Below are positions 1 through 12,244 of a stretch of DNA of 64,000 nt, one piece after another. The notes under the pieces were generated by a model. The model had not been told where the DNA came from, did no database searches, and saw only the letters and a program-made list of their open reading frames with translations. Position 1 is the stretch's first letter, and every line of letters starts with the position of its first letter. The translations under genes and the position numbers were made by a program. Location of the stretch: assembly GCA_964106645.2 (NCBI GenBank), contig OZ067038.1; one strand, given 5' to 3'. Origin of the DNA: Podarcis pityusensis (lineage: Eukaryota).

Positions 1-3000
1 CCTAAATGGGATGGAGTACTGAAAGCCATCTTTTACGGTAGAGTCAAAGTAGTGAAAGAAGCTTGCTAGGCTTAGGCCTGGATAGGAGCTTCAGAAGTTC
101 ATATTTCTCACCTCAGAGAAATAATAGCATTATGAGGTTCCAATTCTTCTACAGCTCAGTTTAAAATCTAAGACACAAAAGAATTCCTGCTTAGTCATAT
201 AATCTTCCACTTCCCTTTCCTTTAACAAGACTCGGCAGCTAGGGCAGTAGCAATGTCATTCCAGCTGTGGGAACACGGAAAGAATAAAATCAAGTCTCTC
301 CCTCCTGTCTCTCTCTAGAGGCATTGGTAGTGTGCAAGGACACAGGCATTAGTGGCTCTTGGGAAATTTAGTCTTCTCAGAAGCTACTACAATGGCAGTA
401 GCAGTGGCAGATCTGATCTTCCTCCATTCATCATCATGGGGCTGGAGCACCACTCTAAGTTCTGTCCTTGGCAGGCAAGTTTTGTTTAAAGGGCAAAGGT
501 TGCATTGGGGATATTATTATTATTATTAGGAAGGGGAGGCAGAGGTAGGAAACTTCTGAAGCTGGGTTGGTTTTTTGGGGGTGGGGGTGGAATTCAAACA
601 ATTTTGGATTTTCTTGGATCTAGCCTGACTTGTTTGCTGAGCCAAATCTAACATAAGCTAGTAGCAAGAAGTTGCCTGTCAGTGTTTGATAGGAACTGAT
701 TTTAATAAAAGTCTATTTTTCATGAGTGAAAATAATTTCTGTCTTAGATAACGTAGGCCCTAAAAACACTTCCAAACCAGCATGTCTAGTGATTATATCA
801 GAACACCCAGACAGTGCTTCCATTCCTGAATTGGCCCCTGCTTTCTTTGTGACCTTCAACAAGTCAATGATTTCTCTGTGACTTACATCCCCCATTGGTG
901 ACATGAGATATTTGGTAAAATTGTAACAGCTATCAACTCTGGATTGTACTACCTGGAAACAGGGGAAACCAGACTCTGCTAAAATTGCAAGAACAACATG
1001 AGGATAATAAATTTCACCTGCCTTTGTCTTTGCTCTCTCAAATGAAATGTCTGTCTGTATTTATTATTGCTTTCCCATGTAACTGAATTAAATACTGAAA
1101 GCCAGGGATAATGACAAGATCTCTATCCAGATTGCTGTGGAAATTGATACAATGTCACTGTTAACACTTTCCCCATTCTATAGAAACATTGAAAAGACAC
1201 TGTGTAGCAGTTCTATCAAAAGCTTAAAGTGTAGCCATGTTTCCAAAATTATCTCTGCAGCAGCGAATGTCTGTCTAAGAACAGGATTTCACATTTCCAG
1301 GGAAACACCAGTGGTTGATATAGGGCAGACAGAGACTGTAGTAATTCTATCACTGGATTGGTTAGGAGAACACAGTGGAAATCCATGTAATCACACAATC
1401 AGTATGAAGCCTCTGAAATAAAACCAAACAGATCTCAAGTACGGGATACAACCGTGCATTCTTTCCCTCACCTTTGCCAATGATTGGTACCACTTTTATG
1501 CCTCCTTGCACCAGGAAACCCACATATTGCTTTCTGGCTCCAAGCCAGGAAGGATGAGAGTGGAGCCCTGCAGGGCTGACTGCTTTAATGCAGATACAAT
1601 TATCAGAGAGCAAGACAAGCCTCAAACTGCTAGGCTGGAGAGAGGCTCCAGGAGCCTGCAGTAAACCGGAATCATGGAGTGACATTTGCATAATGTTAAA
1701 AAGACACATCCATCTGCCACACAAATCCCAGTCCCCAAGAGAGGATTCCAGATTCGTTTTTTTGCCCCCCTTTTCTGCAAGGGGCTTTGTCCAGGTCATG
1801 GCAAAAGCATTTGGCCGGAGAGAGGGGTCAGAAATGACTTCAAAGTGGACACAAAGGCATATCACTTGCTTTATGACCTTGCAGGTGCCAATTAGAGGTT
1901 TTTAGGGTCTAAGCAGGGAGTTGATTAGCTAGTAAGATGCTTCACTGACTCTGCTAATGAAAGAGACTAACACAAAGGCAACATTTCCCTTAGCAGGAAC
2001 AATGCAACATCTTCACTTATGTCCTCACCTCCAGCCCTTTTCCTCCAGGAGAACTGGCTTCTCTTTGCTTTAAGCTCAATTCACATGCATGGATGTCAGT
2101 GAGAAAACAGCACTTTATTTCCAATATCTTAACTTGCAACACAATCTGCAGAGCCCACCCTATGTTTCTAAGAGGCAAATGCTATGCCTGTCTCTTATGG
2201 ATGCTCCACATGTCTTTTACATTCTTTTTCCTTACTTTTTGGTGACTGAGTTAGTTGAGAAAAGATGGAACTGCAAATGTTTGCTCCATAAATGGACAGA
2301 AACAGAAGCTAGTGTTGCCTTATTCTGTCCGTCTGTTTCACACTCACTCCCAGCAGGCCCTTCCTTATAGAGTAGAAAGCTGAAAGGCTGTCCTCTCCAC
2401 AGAGGCAGTAGGAAGGGATCGGGGAACTGGGTAACATTTCCAATCACTCAGGCCAAGGAGTGCAAAAGTAAATTTGAAATTGCCAGCATCAGCCTAAGTA
2501 CTAAGATACAAATTTTAGTTCCCACACCCTCCTCCTCCAGTTCATGGCCAGCTTGCACAGCAACTGATTTAACCACAAGGCCCTTGAGCTGGTACTAAGA
2601 AAGGAACAGAGTGCCCCAATACAATTAATAGGTTTTTGCATGAATTCTAAGCACTATCTCTGAGTATTGTAAATGTCAGGGAAAGGCCATCTAACCCACC
2701 ATTAGATGACTTTTTGTCACATCATGGGAATTTACAAACGATTCAAGCCATGTTTGAGTTGATGATCAACATGCATTTGAAGAATCACTTAATCAACTGA
2801 AAAAGCATGGGAGGGGAAGCATAATCTGAAGTAGGAGACTTTCTCCATACATGTTATGGGTCTATGATGCTTGCTTGTGATATATTGGAATAAGGAAAGT
2901 TCAACATAACAAGGCTCCATTGCTAGTGAAGAAGCACAATCCCTATGCATGAAAATGTAATTTTATAACAACAAATTATAATAAATTCTGCTTTTGTTTA

Positions 3001-3786
3001 GCATTTCTAGCCTTACTTACACAGCTGTCCCAGCTCAGAATCACTACTTAATACATCATTACATTCAACTATTTTCATTTTAGCCACCAATCAGAAAGCC
3101 AACATGTTCAAGTGTGGCATCTATCTGCAGTGCATGTCTCTTTAAATAATGCCTGGTCTGAAGGCAGGCAGCCACGATGAAAACTGACAACATGGATTTA
3201 TTAATTCAGCATGTAGGATAATCAGCTGTCCAATAGTACATGGCAAATCAACCATCTGACATACAGCTCTGTGACAACACTCAACAGAATTAGCCTCTCT
3301 GGAGCTGGAACCCAGATCTGTCTCCAATACAATACCTTCCACAGCAGTAATGTTGGGGGAACTTTCCGCACTGACCTTCCTTTAACTTACCTCACCAACT
3401 CTAACCAAAACCACTCAGGGATAGGAACTCTCATTGGACCTAAGCAATTTTTTAAAAAAACAGATTTGTATGGCACTTTTCATCAAATGTTTCAAAGTGG
3501 CTTACAGAAGAATATGAAAAATACAAATGGAGGACATTCTGTGGAGTTGGGGTCACAATACTGAATGCATGAGTCGTGCATCTGGTCCATGGGGGACCAC
3601 TAATAGTGCTCCCCCCAGATTATCTCAGTATCCTAGATTTTGTTATTCAGGGCTTTTACCAATACAAGAACCTTGAACTTGGCCCACTAGCAGACAGGAA
3701 ACCAGTAGGTCATTTAATTCATTATAAAAAAATAAATTCCAAAAATCTGAGTTAAATATTTAAAAATCCAATTAAAGTTTTAAACA

Positions 3787-3787
<1 letters not shown>

Positions 3788-3818
<31 letters not shown>
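3788..3818. repeat. (CA)n microsatellite
   Basis: About 15 CA units. Confidence 0.97.
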
Positions 3819-3820
<2 letters not shown>

Positions 3821-4603
3821 TGTTTGCCCCTATGCATGCCTGTAACAAAGAGGGAGCTTGAAGGAGTAGCAGTATGTCTTCCTAACCTTTCAACACTACA
3901 GAAAGGAACGTATTATGTTTGAAATGCCTCAGTCTGATACTGACAGAAGCACCCACATTCAGACTCCCCACCCCACAGTAATTCTCCTTCCATTAAAAAT
4001 AAGTACATGCTGTTGAAACAAAATGACAATACTCAAGAGGATCCGTGACATTGTACAAGGAAAACAGAACCACCGCACACTATTATTCAAGGCCTCTGAG
4101 AAAAGCCAAAGGACAGCACATGCACAATCAAAAAGTCAAGTCTGCACTTTTCTCGCCCCATCTGCTATGAAAGCAGGGGATGTGAGGGAAGGGAAGGCCT
4201 TGGCTGAAGTTGTGCCAAATGCACTCCAGTGATTGATGAAGCTATGCTGACCTAGCTTTACCCCTCTTCCCCAGCGGGGTTGCAACAGACTTGGTTATAA
4301 CTGGCAGAGTTACCCACACCTACAACATACCCTGTTTCTTTTCTTGGCCTTCAGCTGCAGCAGCAGAAACAATGTTTGGGTTCAAGCTCAATGAGCTTTT
4401 TAAACAGATGTGGAAACCAGGAGGTGGAGTAATATGGGAGAGATGGGAAAGAAACCCTCCTAAATCAAATGTGTTTGAGGAATACGTTGTGCATGAACTC
4501 AGCCCCTGCAGACTCCTTAACAATTCCTCTTACCATCTCTTGCAAGCACTGTACTGAAAGGGAACCTAGGGTACCAGTACATAGGAATGACACCTTTTCT
4601 AGG

Positions 4604-4705
4604 CCATTGCTATTCAAATGGTGTGTGTATGTGCTGCATCATGTGACTGATTATGTGGGGTAGGGCTTACCTGCCCCCCATATTTTATTCAAGTTGGCAC
4701 CCCTG
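4604..4705 (-). mobile_element. Fragment of the same MITE family as 45439-45626
   Basis: Reverse complement CAGGGGTGCCAACTTGAATAAAATATGGGGGGCAGGTAAGCCC...CACACCATTTGAATAGCAAT aligns with 45439-45543. Confidence 0.7.
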
Positions 4706-4886
4706 CATGGCTTACAGAGTGCCCAAGGTATACAAGGTGAGAGAAGCAGGCAAGTGGTTGCACAGTTCTTCATTGGAAATCAGTATGTGAAAGAATGCTG
4801 GGAGGGAAGAGAGGAGAGGCCGAGGAGCAGGAAAAGAGGGGAAAGGCCCAGGAGCTCCATTGTTTAGTGGTGTGTGTCACTTAGTT

Positions 4887-5024
4887 TGGTTTCCCCCAGC
4901 AATGGTGCCCTCCATATGTTGCTGGACTCCAGCTCCCATCAGCTGCAGCAAGCATGGTCAATGGTCAGGGATGATGAGAGCTGAGGTCCAAAACATATGG
5001 AAGGCATCAGGCTAGGGAAGGCTG
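4887..5024. mobile_element. ~135-bp palindromic hAT-like MITE
   Basis: TGGTGCCCTCCATATGTT..GGACT.CAGCTCCCATCAGC...GATGATGAGAGCTG.GGTCCAAAACATATGGAAGGCATCA hairpin. Six related copies are visible in the window. Confidence 0.8.
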
Positions 5025-7206
5025 ACCTAGAGTACCAAAAATGCCCCATTCCAATAAGCATTATGTACATAGGTTAAAAGCATCCAGACAAGCCTACGAA
5101 AGTTCATCACTGCAGATATTTAAAAAGAGGTTAAAGGCTTTACTATTCCAGCAAGCTTTTATGGGATAAACAATTTTTAGATTTGAGTGTTTGGCCTATT
5201 CTAAATGGATGCACTTTGGTGGTTTTAAAAAATGAACTTATAAAAGAGAGAGAAAATCATGATATGCATCCTATGAACAGAGGGGGAAATCCATGGTTTC
5301 AGGCTAAGAGTTAAAGTGGAAATGTAGAGGCTGGATGAAGTGGGTTCCTTGAAAAGACCTGTGTAGGATGATTCCAGTCATGCTCACTACCTGGTCCCAC
5401 AACCACTGTTGCTTTCATTGTGGGCTAGTATGTACAGCTGAAGGACAAATGAATTCCACAGGCCTGATTATGTTTCCATCCCCTTTCAAAAGCAAAACTA
5501 CCTTCTTATCCTTTGCCGTAGTTATACATCATATAGGTATAAGAATTGACCTGTACAGAGAAGAAGGCCTTGCTGATATTTCAGATGTCAGCCTGCAAAT
5601 ACACGGCTATTTCCAGAGCATGCCATAGGCCAATTTTCACATGTTGTGGTGTTTTAAAGCAACCGTTTTGTTCTGCTGCCTAGCACTGCTGGAGTTCTTT
5701 GTTGCTCCCTTTCCCCCATTGTGTCCAGAATCACTTTCTGCCCTCTGAGAAAGTCAGTGCAGCAAGATCCCTTGCCATCTCATGAACACACAGCTTCCCT
5801 TCCCAAGCATCCTGAGCTGTGCACAGGGTTGCTGAGCAAATATTGAATAATGTGTGCGAATTTGCACTCACATACACTCACACAAACCTTTATATGACAG
5901 AGCTTCTTCCCCCTGCCCCCACCCCAAAGACCTTTGCATGATTACACATCCCCATGCAGCTGTAGAGAGGATGGCAGAAATAGCTATATTTTCAGCTCAA
6001 ACCTTTCACTGGCTGTTATTGTATGCAACTCAGGCTGCACAGTATGAGACCACAAAGAAAAGCAAGCACGCATACACGGGCAGAAAGAAAGGGGAAAATT
6101 ATATCACAAAATCGGCCTCTGTTTTGACAGCAAAAAAAGCTGTCTGTGCTCAGCCCAGAACTACCTCAGGCTCACTGTGTGACAAAGGCAATGACAACAA
6201 ACTTCCTGGACCCCCTCAGTGAAAACATCGTCATCCCCTGCCTTGTAGAGACAGCCAGAACAGCAGCAGCAGCAAATCTTCCCATCAGTGCTATTGCCAT
6301 CCTACCTGGCAGGGAGCTGAGTGATCAAAGCAGCCAGGAAAGAGCATTTTGTTTTCAGGTTATATAGCCTCTCCTGCTTCCCCCACATACTGCCACCCAC
6401 ACATCCCTCTCATTAGTGGGGACAAGGGTGACATTTTGCCAGCCAATCAATATCAAGCAGATGCCAGTTCTAGGAGGAAAGTATAGGGGAAGCCACAGAA
6501 AGCACAGACCTCTAGCCACTGGTGTTTATGGCTTTCTGAATTATCCTTGGCATGCACATGTGTGCACGCAAACACACACGCACAGGTGCACACACCATCT
6601 TCGCCCTGCCCAAACTCATCTCTTTCTGCAAGAGAATGATTCTTTAGTAGTCTCATTTTTGTGGTTGCATTTTACCAAGTGGAGGAAAGGCAGCTTGGGG
6701 CACCTCTGTCACCTGCTTGCAGAATTACTCAAGTTTGCTACAGGTTGGCTACCCAAACAGTCCACACCCTCCACAGTTTGTTTTGCCCAAAAGGAGCTCT
6801 TAAGACATATATGTTTCCCTGTTTCAAACAATTTACAAATCTTGTTCCTTGCTGTTCAAAACCATGCAGTAGGGTGACAGGCGGCAATGAACCTGTACAC
6901 TCTGAGTGCAGAGGTCAAGTAGGGTACACCTGCTCTCCATCCAAAGTCATTCTGCCCAATCTTTTTTTTTTTTACTTCTTCAGTGTTATTTCAGTTTGTC
7001 AAATGCCACAGCAGCAACTTCTGCCAAGTGCAAAATAACAACTTTCATAACATTTGCTTTGCTTCCCCAACCACGCCAACTTCCATCCTGCACTTTTACT
7101 GCTTTGTTGTTTGTCTTACAGCATAGTCAACAAGACTTACTCTCATAAGGGTATTTAGGGTTGCATCCTTAATTCTGTACCAAGAAGAAAACCATGGGAG
7201 TGATTC

Positions 7207-7344
7207 AAGAGCATGGCCAGCAACCATGGGGCCCTCCAGATGTTGCTGAACTACAAATCCCATCAGCCCAAGGCAGCATGATAGCCAAGGATGATGGATG
7301 TTGTAGTCCAACAACCTCTGGAGGGCACCACTTTGGCCCTACTG
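7207..7344. mobile_element. Palindromic hAT-like MITE (same family)
   Basis: GCCCTCCAGATGTTGCTGAACTACAA..CCCATCA / TGATGG.TGTTGTAGTCCAACAACCTCTGGAGGGC arms. Confidence 0.8.
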
Positions 7345-8868
7345 CTATTCTAGAAACTTGTCTCCTTACAGAGAGGAATGCCAACAGGCAAGTCTCTCAT
7401 ACTGGGTAGTTTAGAAGTAATCCTTAGGATGCTGCTAACAGTGGATACATTGGCTCCTCCACTCTGCTCCAGAGACCATGCTGGGTGTAAATATCCCTGT
7501 ATCCCTCTCTTTTACCTTCTGTGGAACTGAGCCTACTCTGTTCCTCCAATTTGCCTGGCCTCCAGTCTACGACCTATGAAAGCACTCACAACAACATATA
7601 GTTTTTGTCACCATTTTAGCCTCCATCCTGGTGGCCCCTCCCCCTCCCCAGGCCATGCTGGTTTCCTGCCCCATGGCCTGATTCAACATCACAAGCAGAA
7701 TTTGCAGTAGCTTCTACAATGTGGGTCAAGTGGGTCTAAATGTCAGACTCTACTTATGGGCGACTAGTACAAAAAGGAAGAAAGAACTTGTTTGTCATGA
7801 GCAACGAGCTGCCATAGATAGTCTTCAAAGTACATATATGCCACAATCCTTTACATATGTTATAGATTGCCTGAGGGCTCCGAACGGAGGGAGGCTGTTT
7901 CTCTTTCAACATTATGATTCCAATGCAGAGCACGTCTGCCGCCATTTTCAAACCACATCCAAAGTGATCTTTATTTTATTTTTTGTTCTTTCTAAATTAC
8001 AAAAAAACTGTTCTTTAAAGTCCTTGTATTATATTCAAACCAACAACAACCCACTTGCCGGGCTTCTTTGCCTAAACAGGTATGTACATCAGTCAGAAAT
8101 GTAGCAGTTTTTAGAAACTTTTTGCAGCATGAGGATGGAGTAACAGGGAAAACATCATCTGCTAAATTTCTGCCTGTTGCACAACCATTAAAGTAACTGG
8201 TAGTCTTGCTGGGATGGGGTGGGGTGAGAAGGAAGGCAACCCTAGCCTGCATTTACCATTTCAACAGGAAATCTCAAAGCCACATTTTGTTTTTTGGTTT
8301 TTTTGCAACAAGAAAATAAGAAAAAAATTCACATAGGATGGGAAATCAATTTCCCAACCAATCCTACTGTGAAACGTAAGTTAAGCCAAGGATTTGTTTC
8401 TACTGGAATGCACAGAATCATAAATATTTTCATTTTTAATGGAATCCAGGTTCTTATTACAACATGTTTTGCTGTAGCAAAGCCGCAAGAGTGGAATGTG
8501 GCTGTCAATGGGTTAAAAGGGAATCTTATTCTTCCACTTTCCTTGCTCTGGCACCCTGCATTTTCTTTTAGCACAGTCGGTCCTTTTGGGTTCCAAGACC
8601 CACTAAACACCAAGGGGTCAAGCTGAGCATTTTAGCTCCTTTGTTCAACAGAGCAACACAGGGGCCACCAGTGCAGCTGTGATGATTAAGACATCAGCAT
8701 CATTAAGAGCTGCTGCCTCTGTGCAGTCAGCTCTGTCTAAGCCGCCCACCACCATGCCATACAGAGCTGCCCACCTCTCCCTGGAGGGTCCCCATAGCTA
8801 GTTGCGCTCTGTGCTTGCACATCTTCACTCACACACAGAGCATATGCTCATTAATCATTTGGGATCCA

Positions 8869-8894
8869 GCTGCTGCTGCTGCTGCTGCTGCTGC
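8869..8894. repeat. (CTG)n / (CAG)n trinucleotide repeat
   Basis: (GCT)8GC. Confidence 0.95.
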
Positions 8895-9106
8895 CACCGC
8901 CTAGAAACTAAGGGTATCATCTCTTTGAGGCTATATAAAGATTCTTCCCTCTCCTCCCCAGAATGCCTTTTAAAACAGAGAACTCCCTTATTTGAAGTGG
9001 AGTGGAGGAGGAAATAATCACAGGGATATAAGAGGAGGAGAAAATAATAACAAGGTGAGTTTCCAAAGAGATGCACGTGAGGATCCCTATATGTTCCTTA
9101 ATGGTA

Positions 9107-9470
9107 GATACTGGTGGCGCTGTGGTCTAAACCACTGAGCCTAGGGCTTGATGATCGGAAGGTTGGCGGTTCAAATCCCCGCGACAGGGTGAGCTCCCAT
9201 TGCTTGGTCCCAGCTCCTGCCAACCTAGCAGTTCGAAAGCACGTCAAAGTGCAAGTAGATAAATAGGTACCGCTCCGGCGGGAAGGTAAACAGCATTTCT
9301 ATGCGCTGCTCTGGTTCACCAGAAGCGGCTTAGTCATGCTGGCCACATGACCTGGAAAAACTGTCTGCAGACAAACGTCGGCTCCCTTGGCCAGTAAAGT
9401 GAGATAAGTGCCGCACCTCCAGAGTCGTTTGAGACTGGACTTAACTGTAAGGGGTCCTTTACCTTTACCT
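9107..9470 (+). mobile_element. Sauria SINE (tRNA-derived, lacertid type)
   Basis: GGTGGCGCTGTGG head, B-box-like GGTTCAAATCCC, body GCAAGTAGATAAATAGGTACCGC and (ACCTTT)n tail. Homologous to the copies at 30067 and 35767. Confidence 0.92.
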
Positions 9471-10334
9471 ATGTAACTAGTATGCTGCCTACTAGACAGC
9501 AACATAAAATGACTTTTTCTCGTTCCAAAAGTGTCCCAGACTAGTAAATTGCTAGAACATCACTACAGATATGCAGCTGAAGAATCATAGTGCTTGGGTT
9601 AAGAATCCAGCCACCCACAATATTCCTCTGTAAGTCTGAGCCACTGTGGCAGGTTAGTTGATAATAAGGGAGCAGAAAGGAAGCCCTGTGGAGGACAAAG
9701 GTTAAAGAACAAGAGCTCGGCTGAGGCTCTGATACGCAAGTTCTGGAATACAAATCAGTCACTGGAATGGAGCTGAAGGCCACTGCGCTACATCCAATTT
9801 TGATTCCCAGGCCTCATAGGTTTACAGTATAACACCCATGTGGCTGTGTTCTCTGCTTTTCCCAAGACATATTCTTTTTCATCAATGCACCTGTAAACAT
9901 GCATCACAAGGAAGGAGGACTGCCATCCCCAAGCATTAAAAAGCCATGAGAAGAATGCCCTGAAACGAGTATTCTGGCCCAAGCTTACTGATATTCCTTA
10001 AAAAGAGAAAGAATGAAAAAATGCCCACAAATAATACATTTGGCTTTTCCCCCTGTAGCAAGAAACTATTAACAGAAACCCCAAACACATTTCCTAGATT
10101 GTCTCTATAGGGCTAGTGGAAACATAATTAGTAGGGGGGGGTTTTAGTGGGAAAGGAAAGCTTTCACTCTTTATGATTCCAGGAGATGATGGGCTGCGGG
10201 GTAACTATTAAATATTACAGGACTGTGATAAAATGGCTCTGGTCGGCAATACTGGGCCAGTTCTATGGTCAAGTAGAGATGTAGCTACTCCACCTATTGA
10301 TCAGAGTCCATAATGTTAATATCTTTCCAATAGT

Positions 10335-10656
10335 CCCTTATCCTCTATGGTATGTTCTCCCCAGCGAAGCTCACCTGGAGCCAGCAATGCTATATTTTGG
10401 CACCAGGCCAAATCTTTATCCTCAGGCATTTCACTGTTGAAGGTTTCTTACCTGCCACTGTACAGCTTTGTTGTTTGATTTTAATGGTGGATCATACTAT
10501 TGTATTGTGTAAACATGTTTCTTTGGATAATTAATATGGCAACTTTTACCTGAATTTTTATTGAAGGCATTTTGTATTTTAGTTATATTAGCATAAGTCG
10601 CCTTGAGATCCTTGTTATATAAGGCAATGGATAAATAAGGGTGTCATCATCATCAT
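10335..10656 (+). mobile_element. L2-like LINE 3' end
   Basis: T-rich 3' UTR ending TAAGTCGCCTTGAGATCC...AAGGCAATGGATAAAT plus a simple (CAT)n tail. Confidence 0.55.
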
Positions 10657-12224
10657 ACAGCTTCTGCAGGCCATCCCCCAATTTATTTTCCACCAACCTG
10701 GGCCTTAAGGTCCATGGAGACAGAAATGTGTCACTTGTTGCCTGAGAATGTTGAGAGCTAAGAGATACATTTAGAAAACCTTAGAAATGTCTTAACACAG
10801 AAATAGACATGCCCCTAACTATTCTCAAATTACACTGAACACATATCTACCGGCATGCATCTTAAGAGCCATGACAGTAAATAGTAAAACTGGAAATTGA
10901 CTTTAATGCTCACAGACAAGCAGGAAACTAAAAGCATCACCAGGAATCAATATGCATTGTATTCCTAAATGAGGGACATGGCTGCTGCTGGTGTACAATC
11001 TGTAATACACTGTATCCTGGGCTCTGGAGGTGAACACGAGAAACAGAGAAGCTGAGATTGTGGTGGAAAAGTTAAGACAGTAATAGTGGATACTTCTTTT
11101 TCAAATATTTTATTTTATGGCCAGGAAGTAACCTGAAATCTATATTCTGGGGCCCAACAAACTTTTCACGAAAGGGCACACTGTAAAACCCTATGAGCCT
11201 AAGAGCAACAGGAGATTTGCACATTTAATTAGAAGTTATTTGGTTTATTTATATGCAGAGTCTACAATCATGATCAGCACCACAAGCCCACCAGGACTTT
11301 GGAAATGTGTTTCTTGAACAATATGGGAATTTCAAATAGAGTTTGCAATAGCACATGGAGGTCTATTGCTCAAAGGAAAAAGAAAATACTCCCATTGGAG
11401 ACTTGCAAGTTCTTGGGATCATCTAGACTAGTTCTCTGGTTTCTAATTTCTGTCACAAAGGATGCCAAGCCAAAAATGACAGGCTTGCGATTATGTGACA
11501 TGGAATTTGACTCCATAATTATTATTTTTATCCAAAAGCGTTGAGTCAAATCTGAGTCACCAGCAAACAGCAACATTTCATTAAAGGGGGCATTGTTTTG
11601 CGTGCTTTTTGGCCTTAAGAACAGGTTAGAAGAAGCCCTAGAACAATGCACGGGGGTGGGGTGGGGTGGGGTGGGGGGAGAGAGATTGTTCCATCGGGCA
11701 AGCAGAGATGCTTGTGCTGACAGAACAATCTCTTCATCTTGAATTCCACCCGTAGGTTTGCACAGTTAAAGTGGATTTAAGGGCAATACATCCATTTTTT
11801 TAAAACTACTTCTTGCAGTTTGGAAAGTGACAAGGAAATACACTGAAAAGTATGGGAAGAACCGAAGCATAATGGGAAGATACGTAAACACACTGCAAAT
11901 GAAGATGAATGCAGAATTAATGTTCATTGCTATATAACCACATTGTAAAAAAATCAGAATGAAGGCTCAGCAGAGCATAGTCTAACCGCTGTGTAAGCTT
12001 TATGCAAGCAAATCAGGATAAATGCCAAATGAAAAGGCTGCTGGGAAAAGCTAGTCTAGCTCAAAAGGAGAAACCACACAAGAGATATAAAGTTTTTGGC
12101 TAAAAATCGTCCTCATAGTTTGGCTACTAAAATCCCGTTGACTTCAGTGCAATATAAACGGGCCCAGATAGGGGACTCGGCTATATTGACAAAGAAAAAG
12201 CACTTTATATGTGTTGTATATCAC

Positions 12225-12244
12225 TGTGACATCAGATGGCGCTG
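12225..12244 (+). promoter_or_regulatory. Candidate CTCF site
   Basis: TGTGACATCAGATGGCGCTG is close to the CTCF core CCAsYAGrkGGCrS. Confidence 0.45.

Noticed and set aside
319-474. Plus-strand exon-like segment (pyrimidine tract + AG, GC-type donor)
   Set aside because: Stops in all three frames and a non-canonical donor. There is no supporting evidence.
8802-9076. PolyQ / polyC ORFs
   Set aside because: They are products of the (CTG)n microsatellite, with no other coding signal.
9107-9190. tRNA genes at SINE heads (also 30067 and 36123)
   Set aside because: These are tRNA-derived SINE promoter regions followed by SINE body and tail, not stand-alone tRNAs.
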